A DNA stretch of 64,000 bases from positions 13,836 through 77,835 of the forward strand of contig CAZYYM010000005.1 in NCBI GenBank assembly GCA_964651385.1. Direction: 5' to 3'. The notes beneath the pieces were generated by a model. The model ran no database searches. It saw nothing but the letters and a program-made list of their open reading frames with translations, and was not told the DNA's origin. This DNA is from an uncultured Gammaproteobacteria bacterium (GTDB lineage: Bacteria; Pseudomonadota; Gammaproteobacteria; GCA-001735895). Shown here piece by piece: positions 10,146 through 21,159 of the stretch (within the stretch, counting starts at the first letter, position 1; the number at the start of each line of letters is the position of its first letter). The position numbers and the translations under genes are program-made.

Positions 10146-13100
10146 TTATGCAGCGACTTCGGCTAATTCGTTTTCGATCCGCGAAAATTCAGATCTTAAT
10201 TCTTTCATAAATTCCGTTGAATCCGGCAATACACCGGATTTTGCCTGATGTTCCAGTGCGGAGGCAAGGCTCGATAGGTTAAGGCCACCTAGATTAGCAC
10301 TGCTCGATTTCAAGCTATGCGCATGACGCATAAAAACCTCGGTATCGCTTTCGATGAAAGACATTTCGAGTGAATCGATTATTTCACGGGAAGATTCTAT
10401 AAATACCGGGATCAATTCATCGAAATCTTCGCCCATATCCTCTTTTAACTGATTAAGTGTTGGTTGATCGATGGCGCCGGTTGCCTGTACTTGTTGCTCC
10501 TTATCGGAGTTTTCGAGGTTAACTGTTTCTGTATTCATAGATGAGTCTCCACTTACCCAGCGATTAAGCACTTCGAGTAATATTTTGCGTGAAAAGGGTT
10601 TTGGAACAAAATCTACCATTCCGGACGCAAGGCATTGCTCGCGATCAGATTTCATGGCATTTGCAGTTAGAGCGATAATGGGTGTTTTCTTATTCAATTG
10701 TGATTCGAATTCGATTATTTCGGCGGTTGCTTCAAATCCGTCTTTCACGGGCATCTGGCAATCCATTAATATGGCATTATAGGTGCCCTGTTTAACTGCT
10801 TCGACGGCTTCCTGGCCATTACCGGTTACAGTGACTTCGAAGCCCTGTTTTTCCAACAAGGAAACAGCAACTTTTTGATTGATAGGGTTGTCTTCCGCCA
10901 GCAATAATTTGTAGCCATGAAAATCATATTGATCCCGAAAATGCTCCTCCTCAACGACGTGGCGGGTAATCAGGCCGGATGTATTGCTCTCGGACTCAAA
11001 TGCTCCCAAAACGTATTCGAGTGTTTCCCGTAAGATTTCCGAATAAGTCGGTTTTTCCAGGTAACCGCGAAAGCCGATTTCCTCGACCGATTTTGCTTCG
11101 CCTTTACCGGCTGCCGATGAATAGAGCACCAGCGGGCAATCAGGAATAGATTCGTCCTGTAAAATTTTCAGACCAAGCTGTTTGCCATCAAGCTCCGGCA
11201 TTAGATAATCGAGTACAGCAATTTCAAACGGCTCTCCGCGAACGGCGGCTTCTTGCATAAGCTGGATTGCTTCCCGGTGGTCGTTGGCCATTGCTACGAC
11301 CATACCGACATGTTCGAGCTGCCGACTGAGTACCTGTAAATTAACCGCGTGATCATCGACTAACAGAATACGCCGGTTTTGCAGCGAGGCATGGTTTAGT
11401 GCCGGTTGCTGGGCGGGAATCGGCATGTCAAGGCTGAAAAAGAACAGGGCGCCCTCGTCAATCTGGCTTTCAACCTGAATCTGGCCGCCCATCAGGGTGA
11501 TCAGTTGGTTGCAAATTGATAATCCGAGGCCCGTACCGCCATATTTACGAGTCGTTGAGGCGTCGGCCTGAGAAAATGAATCGAATAACATGGCGTGTTT
11601 GTCGGCAGCAATGCCAATACCGGTATCGGTCACAGAAATAGTGATATTAGCGTTTTGAGGGGTTGCTTGGTTACACTGAATTTTTAAAATGACATAACCC
11701 TTCTCTGTAAATTTTAATGCGTTGCCGACCAGGTTCATAAAGATTTGGCGTATCCTTCCTGCATCGCCGAAGACTTGTCGAGGGCAATTGGTATCGTAAT
11801 CCAGAATAAGCTCCAGGCCTTTTTCAGCAAATTTCGGTCTCAATAGACTACATACCTCGTAGGCGGAACGCTCAAAATTAAACTCGACGGGCTCCAGGGT
11901 CATTTGCTTTGCTTCAATCTTGGAAAAGTCGAGTATGTCGTTGATTATGGTTAACAAAGCATTACCGGACAGTTCGATCGTATTGACAAATTTCTTTTGT
12001 TCCGAATCCAGTTTGGTGTCAAGCAGCAATTGTGCCATACCCAGCACGCCGTTCATTGGCGTTCTGATTTCATGGCTCATCGTTGCGAGAAACTGGCTTT
12101 TGGCCTGAACTGCCGCTTCGGCCCCCTCTTTTGCCGCGAGTAGTAAGGCCTCCGCTTTTTTACTCTCGGTAATATCGGACAGGATGGTAGAGAAATATTG
12201 AGTACCATCGAAACTGGCCTGGTGGCGCATGATGATTTGCGAAACCATTATCGTTTTGCCATGATTGATTTTGAGTTTTGATTCGCCCTGCCAGGCATTG
12301 CTCATAAATGCAGTCGGAATAGCGGTATTGAGTAGTAATTCATATTCTTCTTCAGGGATTATTGAGCGTAAATTCAGCGAACCGTCGATTTCACCCTGAA
12401 TACCCAGTAAATTCCGCATGGCCTGATTGAGCGATAAAATGGAACCATCGAACGTGAAGGTTGCGATAAGCTCGGGGCTGGATTCGGTAATTTGTAAGAG
12501 ACGCGATTGTTCCTGTCGTACCCTATATTGTTCAGAAATATCGTTAAAGGAAATAACCAGTCCGGAAATTTCATTTTCGATATAGCGTGGACTACAGGTA
12601 TATTGCACATAGATGAACACGCCATCGGAGCGGATGAAGGTATCGAGATCGATTTCCCGCACATCGCCTTTTTCGAGGCAACTGATTATTGGCGAGTCTT
12701 TCGCGTCATACTTTCCATCAAGCGGTTTTTTCGGCTGTATCCAGTCGTGGAAACTTTCACCGAATATGCTGTCGTCATATTCCAGTATTTCTAGTGCGGA
12801 CCGGTTCATAAAGCTAATTTTTCCACTTTGGTTAAGCTCGACAATACCGGCGTGAATCGAATTTAATAAATCTTTCGATTTTTTATAAGTCTGAGTCAGT
12901 GCTTCCTCCTGACGGAGTTGCTCGGTCATATCATTGATGTGAATGGTGAAAATATTACCATCATGGCTGGCTATGGCGCTGACTGTCAGGCGAGCTGTGA
13001 TCAATTCGCCGTTGCGGGTTGTAATATCGGTGATATAGTCGCGGGGCTTAAAATTACTGTCAGTTATCAACGATTTGATTCCACCAAGTATTTCCGCGTC

Positions 13101-13868
13101 CGACTTTGAATCGGGGGAAATAATTTCGACCAGATCACGTTCGATAACCTGATCACGCCGCCAACCGAAAACAGCTTCTGCGGTATCATTCCAGTCGATT
13201 ATTTTAAATTCGGGATTGATAGTGACAACCGCATTAGTCGAGGTGTTGATGATGTCGCGAATTTGTTTTTCTCTGGCCTCGAATTTGATCGAACGCTCGA
13301 TATTGGAGTTTGTATTTGCCCCCACTTTTAATGCACTGGACACGATAATGAGATAGTAGAGGGCAATTACAATGACCAGCGCTGTGGATTCTTCTATATC
13401 TGAACGCGCTACCGTGAATATTAGCGGCCATAAAGTTAGTGTAATAAATATCGTACTCAATCGCGCCAGGCCATTCATCGAAGTAAGCGCGCCGACGGTT
13501 ACACCCGCGAGAACCAGAACCGAAATAGACATTAAAAAAGGTTTGCCCGGATCGATGAATAAAACAGAGACAGCCCCCCAGCCAAACCCCGACAGAATGA
13601 TATTGGCAGTAAGGTATTTTAAATACTGTTGCTCAGAGAGCATTTCCTTACGCTGATAAAGATAGCCGACGAGCCCACGGCTGAGAAACAGCACGATAAT
13701 AAATCCGGTCCATCCTAAAACCAGCGGGTTTGGAAATTTGCCCAGATAAATGTAACACAGGAAAGAAGATGCAACGATGCCACCAAATACCGAATTCGGT
13801 AAATTGAGATTGAACTGAAGGAGTATGCGCCTTAAAAATGCCGTCTTTTCGAAAGTTGATCCAGACAC
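10146..13868 (-). CDS. Hybrid sensor histidine kinase (multi-TM, 3 PAS, HisKA, HATPase, 2 REC, HPt)
   Basis: H-box [14 protein letters not shown]-box [11 protein letters not shown]-boxes DTGIG and GGTGLGL, REC domains with LDYLMP and MDCQMP, HPt HAHSLKSSS. Confidence 0.93.
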   Translation of the reverse strand: MSGSTFEKTAFLRRILLQFNLNLPNSVFGGIVASSFLCYIYLGKFPNPLVLGWTGFIIVLFLSRGLVGYLYQRKEMLSEQQYLKYLTANIILSGFGWGAVSVLFIDPGKPFLMSISVLVLAGVTVGALTSMNGLARLSTIFITLTLWPLIFTVARSDIEESTALVIVIALYYLIIVSSALKVGANTNSNIERSIKFEAREKQIRDIINTSTNAVVTINPEFKIIDWNDTAEAVFGWRRDQVIERDLVEIISPDSKSDAEILGGIKSLITDSNFKPRDYITDITTRNGELITARLTVSAIASHDGNIFTIHINDMTEQLRQEEALTQTYKKSKDLLNSIHAGIVELNQSGKISFMNRSALEILEYDDSIFGESFHDWIQPKKPLDGKYDAKDSPIISCLEKGDVREIDLDTFIRSDGVFIYVQYTCSPRYIENEISGLVISFNDISEQYRVRQEQSRLLQITESSPELIATFTFDGSILSLNQAMRNLLGIQGEIDGSLNLRSIIPEEEYELLLNTAIPTAFMSNAWQGESKLKINHGKTIMVSQIIMRHQASFDGTQYFSTILSDITESKKAEALLLAAKEGAEAAVQAKSQFLATMSHEIRTPMNGVLGMAQLLLDTKLDSEQKKFVNTIELSGNALLTIINDILDFSKIEAKQMTLEPVEFNFERSAYEVCSLLRPKFAEKGLELILDYDTNCPRQVFGDAGRIRQIFMNLVGNALKFTEKGYVILKIQCNQATPQNANITISVTDTGIGIAADKHAMLFDSFSQADASTTRKYGGTGLGLSICNQLITLMGGQIQVESQIDEGALFFFSLDMPIPAQQPALNHASLQNRRILLVDDHAVNLQVLSRQLEHVGMVVAMANDHREAIQLMQEAAVRGEPFEIAVLDYLMPELDGKQLGLKILQDESIPDCPLVLYSSAAGKGEAKSVEEIGFRGYLEKPTYSEILRETLEYVLGAFESESNTSGLITRHVVEEEHFRDQYDFHGYKLLLAEDNPINQKVAVSLLEKQGFEVTVTGNGQEAVEAVKQGTYNAILMDCQMPVKDGFEATAEIIEFESQLNKKTPIIALTANAMKSDREQCLASGMVDFVPKPFSRKILLEVLNRWVSGDSSMNTETVNLENSDKEQQVQATGAIDQPTLNQLKEDMGEDFDELIPVFIESSREIIDSLEMSFIESDTEVFMRHAHSLKSSSANLGGLNLSSLASALEHQAKSGVLPDSTEFMKELRSEFSRIENELAEVAA

Positions 13869-13872
13869 TGGG

Positions 13873-15567
13873 TTAACTGGTTATCCACTGAAAACTGGCT
13901 TTGGCAATATTTCCCTGGCCTTCATAGTCGAGTGATTCGCAAAGGTCGTTGATTAATAAAATTCCGCGGCCACATAATATCGTATTGTCATCCCTGGCAC
14001 GTTGATGGTTTTTATAATCGAAGCCCTTACCGCTATCTTCGACACGCAGTAAAATACGCCTCATGTCGGCAGATTGTTCGACTGCCAATTCAAAAACCAC
14101 ATAGCCCGAGTCGAGTACTGCCAGACGCGATTCTCGTTCCTCGAAATAGCGTGCAAAACCAACCGGATCCGATTTCAGCCTGGAATCGAGCCCCAGCACG
14201 CCATGATCGAGCGCATTGACGTATAATTCAGTAATGGCGGTAAATAATGATTGTCGTTCACTTTCGAGATCTTCCATTTCGAGAATCTGATTAACCAGTA
14301 TCGGTACCGGGTTTGTTTCTCGTAAGCGAGCGCCGCTAAAATTTAAAGTCATGCGCCATTCGCCCTGTTTTGCCCTGGATTTTTTGATCACGCCATGCAT
14401 TTCGCTGGCATTGACCTTTGGCAATAGAGAACTAACGCAAGTAAGTTCGACCAGAGTCACGTCATCAACCTGAGTCATGCCTCCACAGAAATCATCGAGC
14501 GCGGTAAATATTTGTTTATAAACTCCACCGATTGGCGCTCCGGTAATGGCCTTTTCAAGGCGCTCGTCACCGAATTCCTCATCGTCGGCATTTCGCGCTT
14601 CAGTGAGCCCATCGCTAAACATCAGAATTTTATCATCAGGTTTGATCGGGACGTATGCTACGACTTCCTTAGGATCGATTTCGGCAATAACGCCGAGGGG
14701 TAATCCTTTCGATTTGAGCCGCTTTTTAATTTTGTTGGTAGTACCTTCGACGACAAGCAAATCAGGCATTCCCGCATTAAAAATTAACGCGTGCTCAAGG
14801 TCGTGGCTGACCACCACAAGCTGTACACCAAAAAACATACCCACCGGTAATAGGGATTTGAGTTTTTTATTGATGCCAGAAAGGATATTTTCCGGGCTGA
14901 AGCCTTTCGATGTCATGGCATGAAATACTTCAGATACCGGCATGGCGCCTAGCGCTGCAGACAGGCCATGCCCGGTGAAGTCTCCGATCAAAAAAAACAA
15001 ATCGCGCGATGGAGAATAAGCCGATAATACCATGTCGCCGCTGAATGTACCTGCAGGGCGAATTTTGCTGTTGATATTCGGGTTATTAATATTGGTACCC
15101 TGAATCGCGTTAATGAAGACCGACTCGGCTATTTCCTGTTCGCGATGGATCATGCTGTACATACCTTGAATTTCCTGGTTCAGGGCGGAAATTCGTTGCA
15201 TGGCGCGGATTTTGCTTTGTAGAATAAACTTGTCGTATGGCTTGACCATGAAGTCGTCGCCACCGGCCTCAATACAGCGACCGAGCGATTCCTCGTCGGT
15301 CATCGCCGTCAGAAAAATAATCGGAATAAAGCGATTACCGGCGCTGGCCTTGATATTTACGGTTGCCTCGTAGCCGTCGACCTCGGGCATCATTACATCC
15401 ATAAAAATAATGCTGGGTCGCTCACTTTTATACAGGTCGATGGCTTCCTGACCATTGACTGCTTCGATGGTTTGGTAGCCTTGTTTTTTTAATAACGACC
15501 TTAAAATGAGCCGATTGGTCATTTCGTCATCTACGATTAATGCTTTGCCGAGGTCTTGAGTAGTCAT
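13873..15567 (-). CDS. Response regulator with REC, PP2C/SpoIIE phosphatase and GHKL-type kinase domains (HsbR-like)
   Basis: ALIVDD...MDVMMP (REC); SGDMV, IGDFTGHG, FSDGLTE, DDVT (PP2C); ELYVNALDHG, DSGKGF, GRG (kinase). Start moved to ATG 15567 (MTTQDLG). Confidence 0.88.
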   Translation of the reverse strand: MTTQDLGKALIVDDEMTNRLILRSLLKKQGYQTIEAVNGQEAIDLYKSERPSIIFMDVMMPEVDGYEATVNIKASAGNRFIPIIFLTAMTDEESLGRCIEAGGDDFMVKPYDKFILQSKIRAMQRISALNQEIQGMYSMIHREQEIAESVFINAIQGTNINNPNINSKIRPAGTFSGDMVLSAYSPSRDLFFLIGDFTGHGLSAALGAMPVSEVFHAMTSKGFSPENILSGINKKLKSLLPVGMFFGVQLVVVSHDLEHALIFNAGMPDLLVVEGTTNKIKKRLKSKGLPLGVIAEIDPKEVVAYVPIKPDDKILMFSDGLTEARNADDEEFGDERLEKAITGAPIGGVYKQIFTALDDFCGGMTQVDDVTLVELTCVSSLLPKVNASEMHGVIKKSRAKQGEWRMTLNFSGARLRETNPVPILVNQILEMEDLESERQSLFTAITELYVNALDHGVLGLDSRLKSDPVGFARYFEERESRLAVLDSGYVVFELAVEQSADMRRILLRVEDSGKGFDYKNHQRARDDNTILCGRGILLINDLCESLDYEGQGNIAKASFQWITS

Positions 15568-15707
15568 AATAGTAAAAATCAGACCACACACAAAAAGCTG
15601 CGACCGGTGATTTTTAGAGTAATCCTTATTACGAAAGAATACTGTCTTTTTAGTACATATGGCCGGTAAATCAAGCCTTAAGCGCTTTACTGATAGTTGT
15701 ATGCCTT

Positions 15708-17552
15708 TCAAATAGCGCTGTCGGGCCAGCCCAGTTTTGCTGCCAATCCGGAATGTCGTCGGCTCGGCTTTCGACAGGCGGTTTCGATGGACTGCTGCGA
15801 TGCGTGTATGGATAAGTAACGTCGTGCCCGGGTAATACCCGTATACAACAGTTCACGCGTCAAACTATGAGGCTGATCGGGGGGTAAAATCAAGGTGACG
15901 TGATCAAATTCAGAGCCTTGCGATTTATGTACGGTCATCGACCAGGCCGGCAGGTTTTCCGGCAGATTGGTGATGGTAATGGCGCGTAGCTGGCCGGCCT
16001 GGTTATCTTTGAAATAGGCTTTGAGCTGGCCGTTTTCGTCGTTCCATAGCAAGCCTGTATCACCGTTAAACAATTCGAGCTCGTAGTCGTTGGCGGTAAT
16101 CAAAATGGCTTGACCCCGGAAGTTCGGTTCCTGGCTAATCCATTGCCTGGTACGCATTAAATCTTCGATGGCACGATTCATCTGTTTAACGCCAAAGGCA
16201 CCGGATTGTACGGCACAAAGCACGCGAAATTGTTCAAATGCCAATAATGCCTGCTCGACAGTTGCGCTGCTTATCACCGCATAATATCGATCAACAATTG
16301 CGCGCAGCGTCGAATCAGGCAGACCGTCAGCCCGGATTGGCAGCCATTCAAGCTGTTCTCCAGAGCGCTTTAAAAGCTCGATGGATTCTTCAGATTGTCC
16401 GCGGTTGATCCGTTGCGCGAGCTGCCCGATACCTTGCTGCGACGCAAAACGATAGCTGTGGGTTAATAGTGCGATCGAGTTGGCAATTTTCGGGGACTGT
16501 GGAGTATAGCCAACAGTAGTGTTCTTGTTAGTGCTGGACTGGTGCGTTATCGGCTCAAGATAATCGGGTAATTTATCTGAATACGGTATGGTCTGGCCCT
16601 GGCCGGTAATATCTCCGAAGACGTTACCGGCGGCGACAGAAGCCAGTTGGTTGCGGTCGCCGAGCAGAATAATACGGGTATGTCCCGGCAACGCATCGAG
16701 CAATCGATACATTAACGGCAAATCGACCATCGAAGCCTCGTCCACCACCAGGCAATCAAGCGGAAGCAGGTATTGCCGGGAATAACGAAACCCGTTTTTC
16801 CGGTAACCCAGTAATCGATGAATGGTCGATGCCTGGTTCGGGAACAAAGCGGCAACCGTGTTATTGGTCTGGTTACGTTCTAGACCGAGCCTAATTGACT
16901 CCATTAATCTGGCTGCAGCTTTGCCGGTAGGTGCCGTGAGTTGAATGCGCAGGTCAGGTTTCTGCGATAATAGTACCGATAAAATATTAACCACAATAGT
17001 GGTTTTTCCGGTACCGGGACCACCGCATATGACGGTGAAACGGCGTTTTACCGAGAGCGCCACGGCGCGTTTCTGATCTTCGAAGAAACCGTCGATTTTG
17101 TCGGGATACAGAACATCGAGCTCGGCATTGAGTTTAGTCTCATTGATGACATCCTTGTCACCCAGACGAGACAAGATAGTATCCGATACAGCGGTTTCGT
17201 AGCGCCAGAAACGGTGTAAATAGAGTCGTCCGTGTTCGAGTATCAGTGGTGAAATATCTCCGGGAAAACCCACCGGACGGGATGCTCGTAAAGTTTCGCA
17301 CCAGTCATTCAGCCCGGGGCCGACAGGCAGGTCAGTTGAGCCCATTCGATCCGATTCAAACAGCACTACGTCGTGATACTGTTCGAGCATAAGGCAAACG
17401 TCACCTTGTTGGCAGACTTCGCTGAGCAGCGCAGCGCTATAGGCTAATAGCGAGTCGATATTCTGATCTGCTGTGTCCGCGATAAAGACAGCAAAGTGAT
17501 AACTTAATGGACTAATTTCCCGACTATCAAGTAATTTTGCGAGCAGATTCAC
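15708..17552 (-). CDS. recD: Exodeoxyribonuclease V alpha subunit
   Basis: GGPGTGKTT, APTGKAAARL, DEASMVD, LGDRNQL, TVHKSQGSEF, YTGITRAR. Start moved to GTG 17552. Confidence 0.95.
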   Translation of the reverse strand: MNLLAKLLDSREISPLSYHFAVFIADTADQNIDSLLAYSAALLSEVCQQGDVCLMLEQYHDVVLFESDRMGSTDLPVGPGLNDWCETLRASRPVGFPGDISPLILEHGRLYLHRFWRYETAVSDTILSRLGDKDVINETKLNAELDVLYPDKIDGFFEDQKRAVALSVKRRFTVICGGPGTGKTTIVVNILSVLLSQKPDLRIQLTAPTGKAAARLMESIRLGLERNQTNNTVAALFPNQASTIHRLLGYRKNGFRYSRQYLLPLDCLVVDEASMVDLPLMYRLLDALPGHTRIILLGDRNQLASVAAGNVFGDITGQGQTIPYSDKLPDYLEPITHQSSTNKNTTVGYTPQSPKIANSIALLTHSYRFASQQGIGQLAQRINRGQSEESIELLKRSGEQLEWLPIRADGLPDSTLRAIVDRYYAVISSATVEQALLAFEQFRVLCAVQSGAFGVKQMNRAIEDLMRTRQWISQEPNFRGQAILITANDYELELFNGDTGLLWNDENGQLKAYFKDNQAGQLRAITITNLPENLPAWSMTVHKSQGSEFDHVTLILPPDQPHSLTRELLYTGITRARRYLSIHASQQSIETACRKPSRRHSGLAAKLGWPDSAI

Positions 17553-17565
17553 GCGCCAGTCAACC

Positions 17566-20500
17566 TCAGCGCCGGGCCAGCAAAAATTGATCCAGCAATT
17601 CAATCTGCGCCAACCCCGGGCGATTGAAGTAAACGCCGAAATCTGTGCCGTGTTGTTCGCGCATGCCCCGTAAAAATAGATAATAACTGCCGCCGAAATG
17701 CTGCTCGAAATTATACTCTTTAAGGCGCTTATGCAGATAACGATGCAGCGCAATCGAATAGATCAGAGACTGCAAATCGTATCTTCGATCTAGCATGGCG
17801 CGTTCTAGTTTAGCCGGCGAATAATCCAGTAATGTGGGTCCGAGATAGTTACTTTTGTAATCGACGATGTAATACTTCCCCTGAAATTCAAACACCAGAT
17901 CGATTACCCCAGTGATTAAACCGCGAAAACTTTGAGCAGTTAAACTTTCTATTGGTTTCCGGGTAAAGCTTGATAAGCATTGGTTCAATGCATCGATATC
18001 GAGTTGCCCGACCGCGAAATCGAATACCAGTTCGTTCAGGCGTTGCTGACTGGAAATGACTGACAGACTGAGGCCCGGCTGCAAGAGTGGTGTCCGTATG
18101 ATTTCCCGGAACCATTCAAGCAGAATAGCTATCTGCGGATCAGTCAGTTCGACACCAAAACGTGGTGCGAACTGCTTCAGTAAGGTTAGACTTTGCTTAT
18201 GGATTTGGCCGGCAAAATCAAGGTGCTCAAAAACCTGGTGTAATAGGAGCCCGACGTGGCTGCCGGCTGGAAAATTAATGATCGGATCACGGCCGATATC
18301 GCGCGACCCCTGATGACTAACCTGGTGGATATCTCGTGTTAATGCGGTGAAACTGGCGATTTTCCACGGGTTCGATTTTCCACCTTGAAAAGTAGCCGGT
18401 TTTAAATGGCACGGCTGTAGCGGGGCGGCCTCGGCGATTGCTATCGGTGAGCCCTCTGGTAAATCCCGGTATTCAATTCCACCCAGAGAGGAATGGCACA
18501 ACGCGTCAATATCGCCGTCGATATCGTGATCGAGATCATAGGCTCGCGGTAAATGCTGATCCAGGTCACTGGCAGATTGTTTCGGGTGCAATAAAAAGCC
18601 CAGAGCGGTTTTTGCCGGCGACGAATTTTTTGAACGCTCGCTAATTTTGCCCCAGACCAGGTAAACCTTAGCACGGGCCCGGGTCAATGCGACATAAACC
18701 AGACGCAGGTCCTCGGCCAGGCGTTCTTTTTCTGATATCAAAGCGTGCTGCTCAAAATTATCCGAGCCGATATCAATGACCGGATTGTTCGCCCGATCAT
18801 GGAACTCAAGTGGACTGGCACCGCTGAGATCACGCGGTTTAGCGGTCCACAGGTAGGGGATAAATACTACGGGATACTCGAGCCCCTTACTCTTGTGAAT
18901 GGTAATGATTTTGACGAGATCGCGATCGCTTTCGAGACGCAATTCAGATTCCTCGATGGAAGGGCCATCAGCCTCCTGCCGAAACCAGTTCAACAGCGCG
19001 TCGATCCCGGTCGAACGTTGGCTGCGTTGTTGTAACAATTCTGCCAGATGCAACAGATTGGTCATGCGACGTTCCGAAGACGGTTGCGCTGCCAGGATTT
19101 CTCCAATTTGTAATTCCTGTAATAAATGCTGGAACATGACGATAAAGCCTTTTTGCAACCACAGATGGTTGAGCTGTTGGAAAACATCGAGCCAGTGTTG
19201 CCAGGCAGTCTCGTCATTCAATCGAGCCGACATCGCCAGGTAATCCAGATTGAGCAGAGAGCTTGCTAGTGCTGCGCGCAAGTAGCGGCGCTCGCCGCAA
19301 TGATTGATTGCCTCGAGCAAGCAGATCAGGCCGGTGGCTTCGTCACTAGCAAATACCTTGTCGCGGCCGATTGTAATGGCCCTAATCCCATAGTCGGCAA
19401 GCACATCGCGTAGTGCATTACCCTCGTAACCGGTGCGTACCAGTACCGCTATATCACCGCTATGCAAGGGTTTCTGATCGAGCAACGCTCGCCCATTATT
19501 ACCTGCCGTTATGAGCTTTGAGATTTCACTTGCTGTGGCGCGATGAACTTTGTCGTAACTGTTTGTTTTACTGTCTAGCTTAGCTTGGCATTGTGCCGGA
19601 ATTTTCCAGATAGTGATCGGCGTTACCGCAGACTTGTCGAGCAGCAGAGATGCCCGGTTATTTCTGTCTGTTGCAAATGCCGGCGAGAACGTGATCGCGT
19701 CACTGTAGATAAAGGGATCGGATCGGAGTGTAAAAATACGATTAACCGCTTCTACCAGGGCCCTATCGGACCGCCAGTTGGTTTGTAATGTATAGATATC
19801 GACACGGCTGTGTTGCCGGGCCTGCATATAAGTGAAAATATCTCCGCCGCGAAAACTGTAAATGGCCTGCTTGGGATCACCGATCATGGTAAAACTAGTG
19901 TCTTCGCCCTCGAAGTAAATACGGTAGAAAATATCATATTGAACGGCGTCGGTATCCTGAAATTCATCAATCATGGCGACAGCGTACTGTCTGCGGATTG
20001 TCTCTGCCAATGCAGTGCCACCGGGCGCATTCAGACCTTCCAACAAACGGTTTAGCAGGTCATCGTAGGCGATCACATCCGAAGCAAGTTTGCTACGCCG
20101 AATATGTTCTCGGGCATAGGCATGGGCCTCAAAATTTGCGCGAGTTTTTAACCGGGTTTCAACCCGCTTTTTTCGAATTAAAAATTCGTCGGTCGAGGTA
20201 AAAAAAGCATGATTTAGATTGTTATCCTCTCCTGCTCTGGACGGTTTAGACTCCTTGTGTAGTTGAGTGCTAGCAAGAAAATGTAAATTGCCGGGAATAT
20301 TTAACAGTTCAGGCTGGTCAAAAAATGCATCGCAGGTATCTAAAAATCCAGCGAAATTGTCTTCGTGATAGGGTAAGGTTTTATTGCGTCTTAAAACTTT
20401 TGAATCCTTCAAAATCAATTTGACGGCAGAACGATTTGAACGCCATTGAAAGGCGAGGTCTTTGAGATTTAGCTGTAGTCCGTGAATATGATCAAACAAT

Positions 20501-21159
20501 GTCGAGAGATCATCCTTTACTTCGGGCATTAATCGATACGGTCGATTGGTATTCAGTACGGCCTGGTATTTTTTTATGCCGGAAAAACCACCGACGCTAC
20601 AATTAAAAATTTGCAGACTGCTTGCATCGAGTCGGTAGCTTTGTCGACGCCACCAGTCTTTCAGCGCTGAATCCCAGAGCTCATGGTCATCGGTTAGTAG
20701 AGAGGTATTAAATGTTTGTCCGCTATAAAGCGCGTTGTCGATCAGGGCGCGCTGGCAAAAACCATGAATAGTATAAATGGCAGCTTCATCCATCGAGCGC
20801 AAAGCCAGTTGCAGGCGTTTAATTGGCAATTGCAGGTTCGAAGCGTTAATCGATTTTGATTGATCCAGCAGTAATTGCAGAAAGTCATCATCTATCGGTT
20901 CAGCTTGACGAAACAATTTCAACGCATCGAACAATCTTGTCCGGATTCGACTGCGTAGTTCGTCGGTTGCAGCATTCGTGAAAGTGACCACCAGAATTTC
21001 ATGCGGCTGGTGCCCTGCCAGAATATGGCGCAAATAAAGATTGGCTATGGTATAGGTCTTGCCTGTTCCGGCACTGGCTTCGATCAGCTTGATGCCGGTC
21101 AGCGGCATTACCAGGCTGGTTCTGGTATCGAGAATTTTTACCGATTGAACTGGTTTCAT
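17566..21159 (-). CDS. recB: Exodeoxyribonuclease V beta subunit
   Basis: EASAGTGKT, DEFQDTD, TIHKSKGLE, YVALTRA; intact nuclease GVIDL...IVDYKSN. Confidence 0.96.
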   Translation of the reverse strand: MKPVQSVKILDTRTSLVMPLTGIKLIEASAGTGKTYTIANLYLRHILAGHQPHEILVVTFTNAATDELRSRIRTRLFDALKLFRQAEPIDDDFLQLLLDQSKSINASNLQLPIKRLQLALRSMDEAAIYTIHGFCQRALIDNALYSGQTFNTSLLTDDHELWDSALKDWWRRQSYRLDASSLQIFNCSVGGFSGIKKYQAVLNTNRPYRLMPEVKDDLSTLFDHIHGLQLNLKDLAFQWRSNRSAVKLILKDSKVLRRNKTLPYHEDNFAGFLDTCDAFFDQPELLNIPGNLHFLASTQLHKESKPSRAGEDNNLNHAFFTSTDEFLIRKKRVETRLKTRANFEAHAYAREHIRRSKLASDVIAYDDLLNRLLEGLNAPGGTALAETIRRQYAVAMIDEFQDTDAVQYDIFYRIYFEGEDTSFTMIGDPKQAIYSFRGGDIFTYMQARQHSRVDIYTLQTNWRSDRALVEAVNRIFTLRSDPFIYSDAITFSPAFATDRNNRASLLLDKSAVTPITIWKIPAQCQAKLDSKTNSYDKVHRATASEISKLITAGNNGRALLDQKPLHSGDIAVLVRTGYEGNALRDVLADYGIRAITIGRDKVFASDEATGLICLLEAINHCGERRYLRAALASSLLNLDYLAMSARLNDETAWQHWLDVFQQLNHLWLQKGFIVMFQHLLQELQIGEILAAQPSSERRMTNLLHLAELLQQRSQRSTGIDALLNWFRQEADGPSIEESELRLESDRDLVKIITIHKSKGLEYPVVFIPYLWTAKPRDLSGASPLEFHDRANNPVIDIGSDNFEQHALISEKERLAEDLRLVYVALTRARAKVYLVWGKISERSKNSSPAKTALGFLLHPKQSASDLDQHLPRAYDLDHDIDGDIDALCHSSLGGIEYRDLPEGSPIAIAEAAPLQPCHLKPATFQGGKSNPWKIASFTALTRDIHQVSHQGSRDIGRDPIINFPAGSHVGLLLHQVFEHLDFAGQIHKQSLTLLKQFAPRFGVELTDPQIAILLEWFREIIRTPLLQPGLSLSVISSQQRLNELVFDFAVGQLDIDALNQCLSSFTRKPIESLTAQSFRGLITGVIDLVFEFQGKYYIVDYKSNYLGPTLLDYSPAKLERAMLDRRYDLQSLIYSIALHRYLHKRLKEYNFEQHFGGSYYLFLRGMREQHGTDFGVYFNRPGLAQIELLDQFLLARR

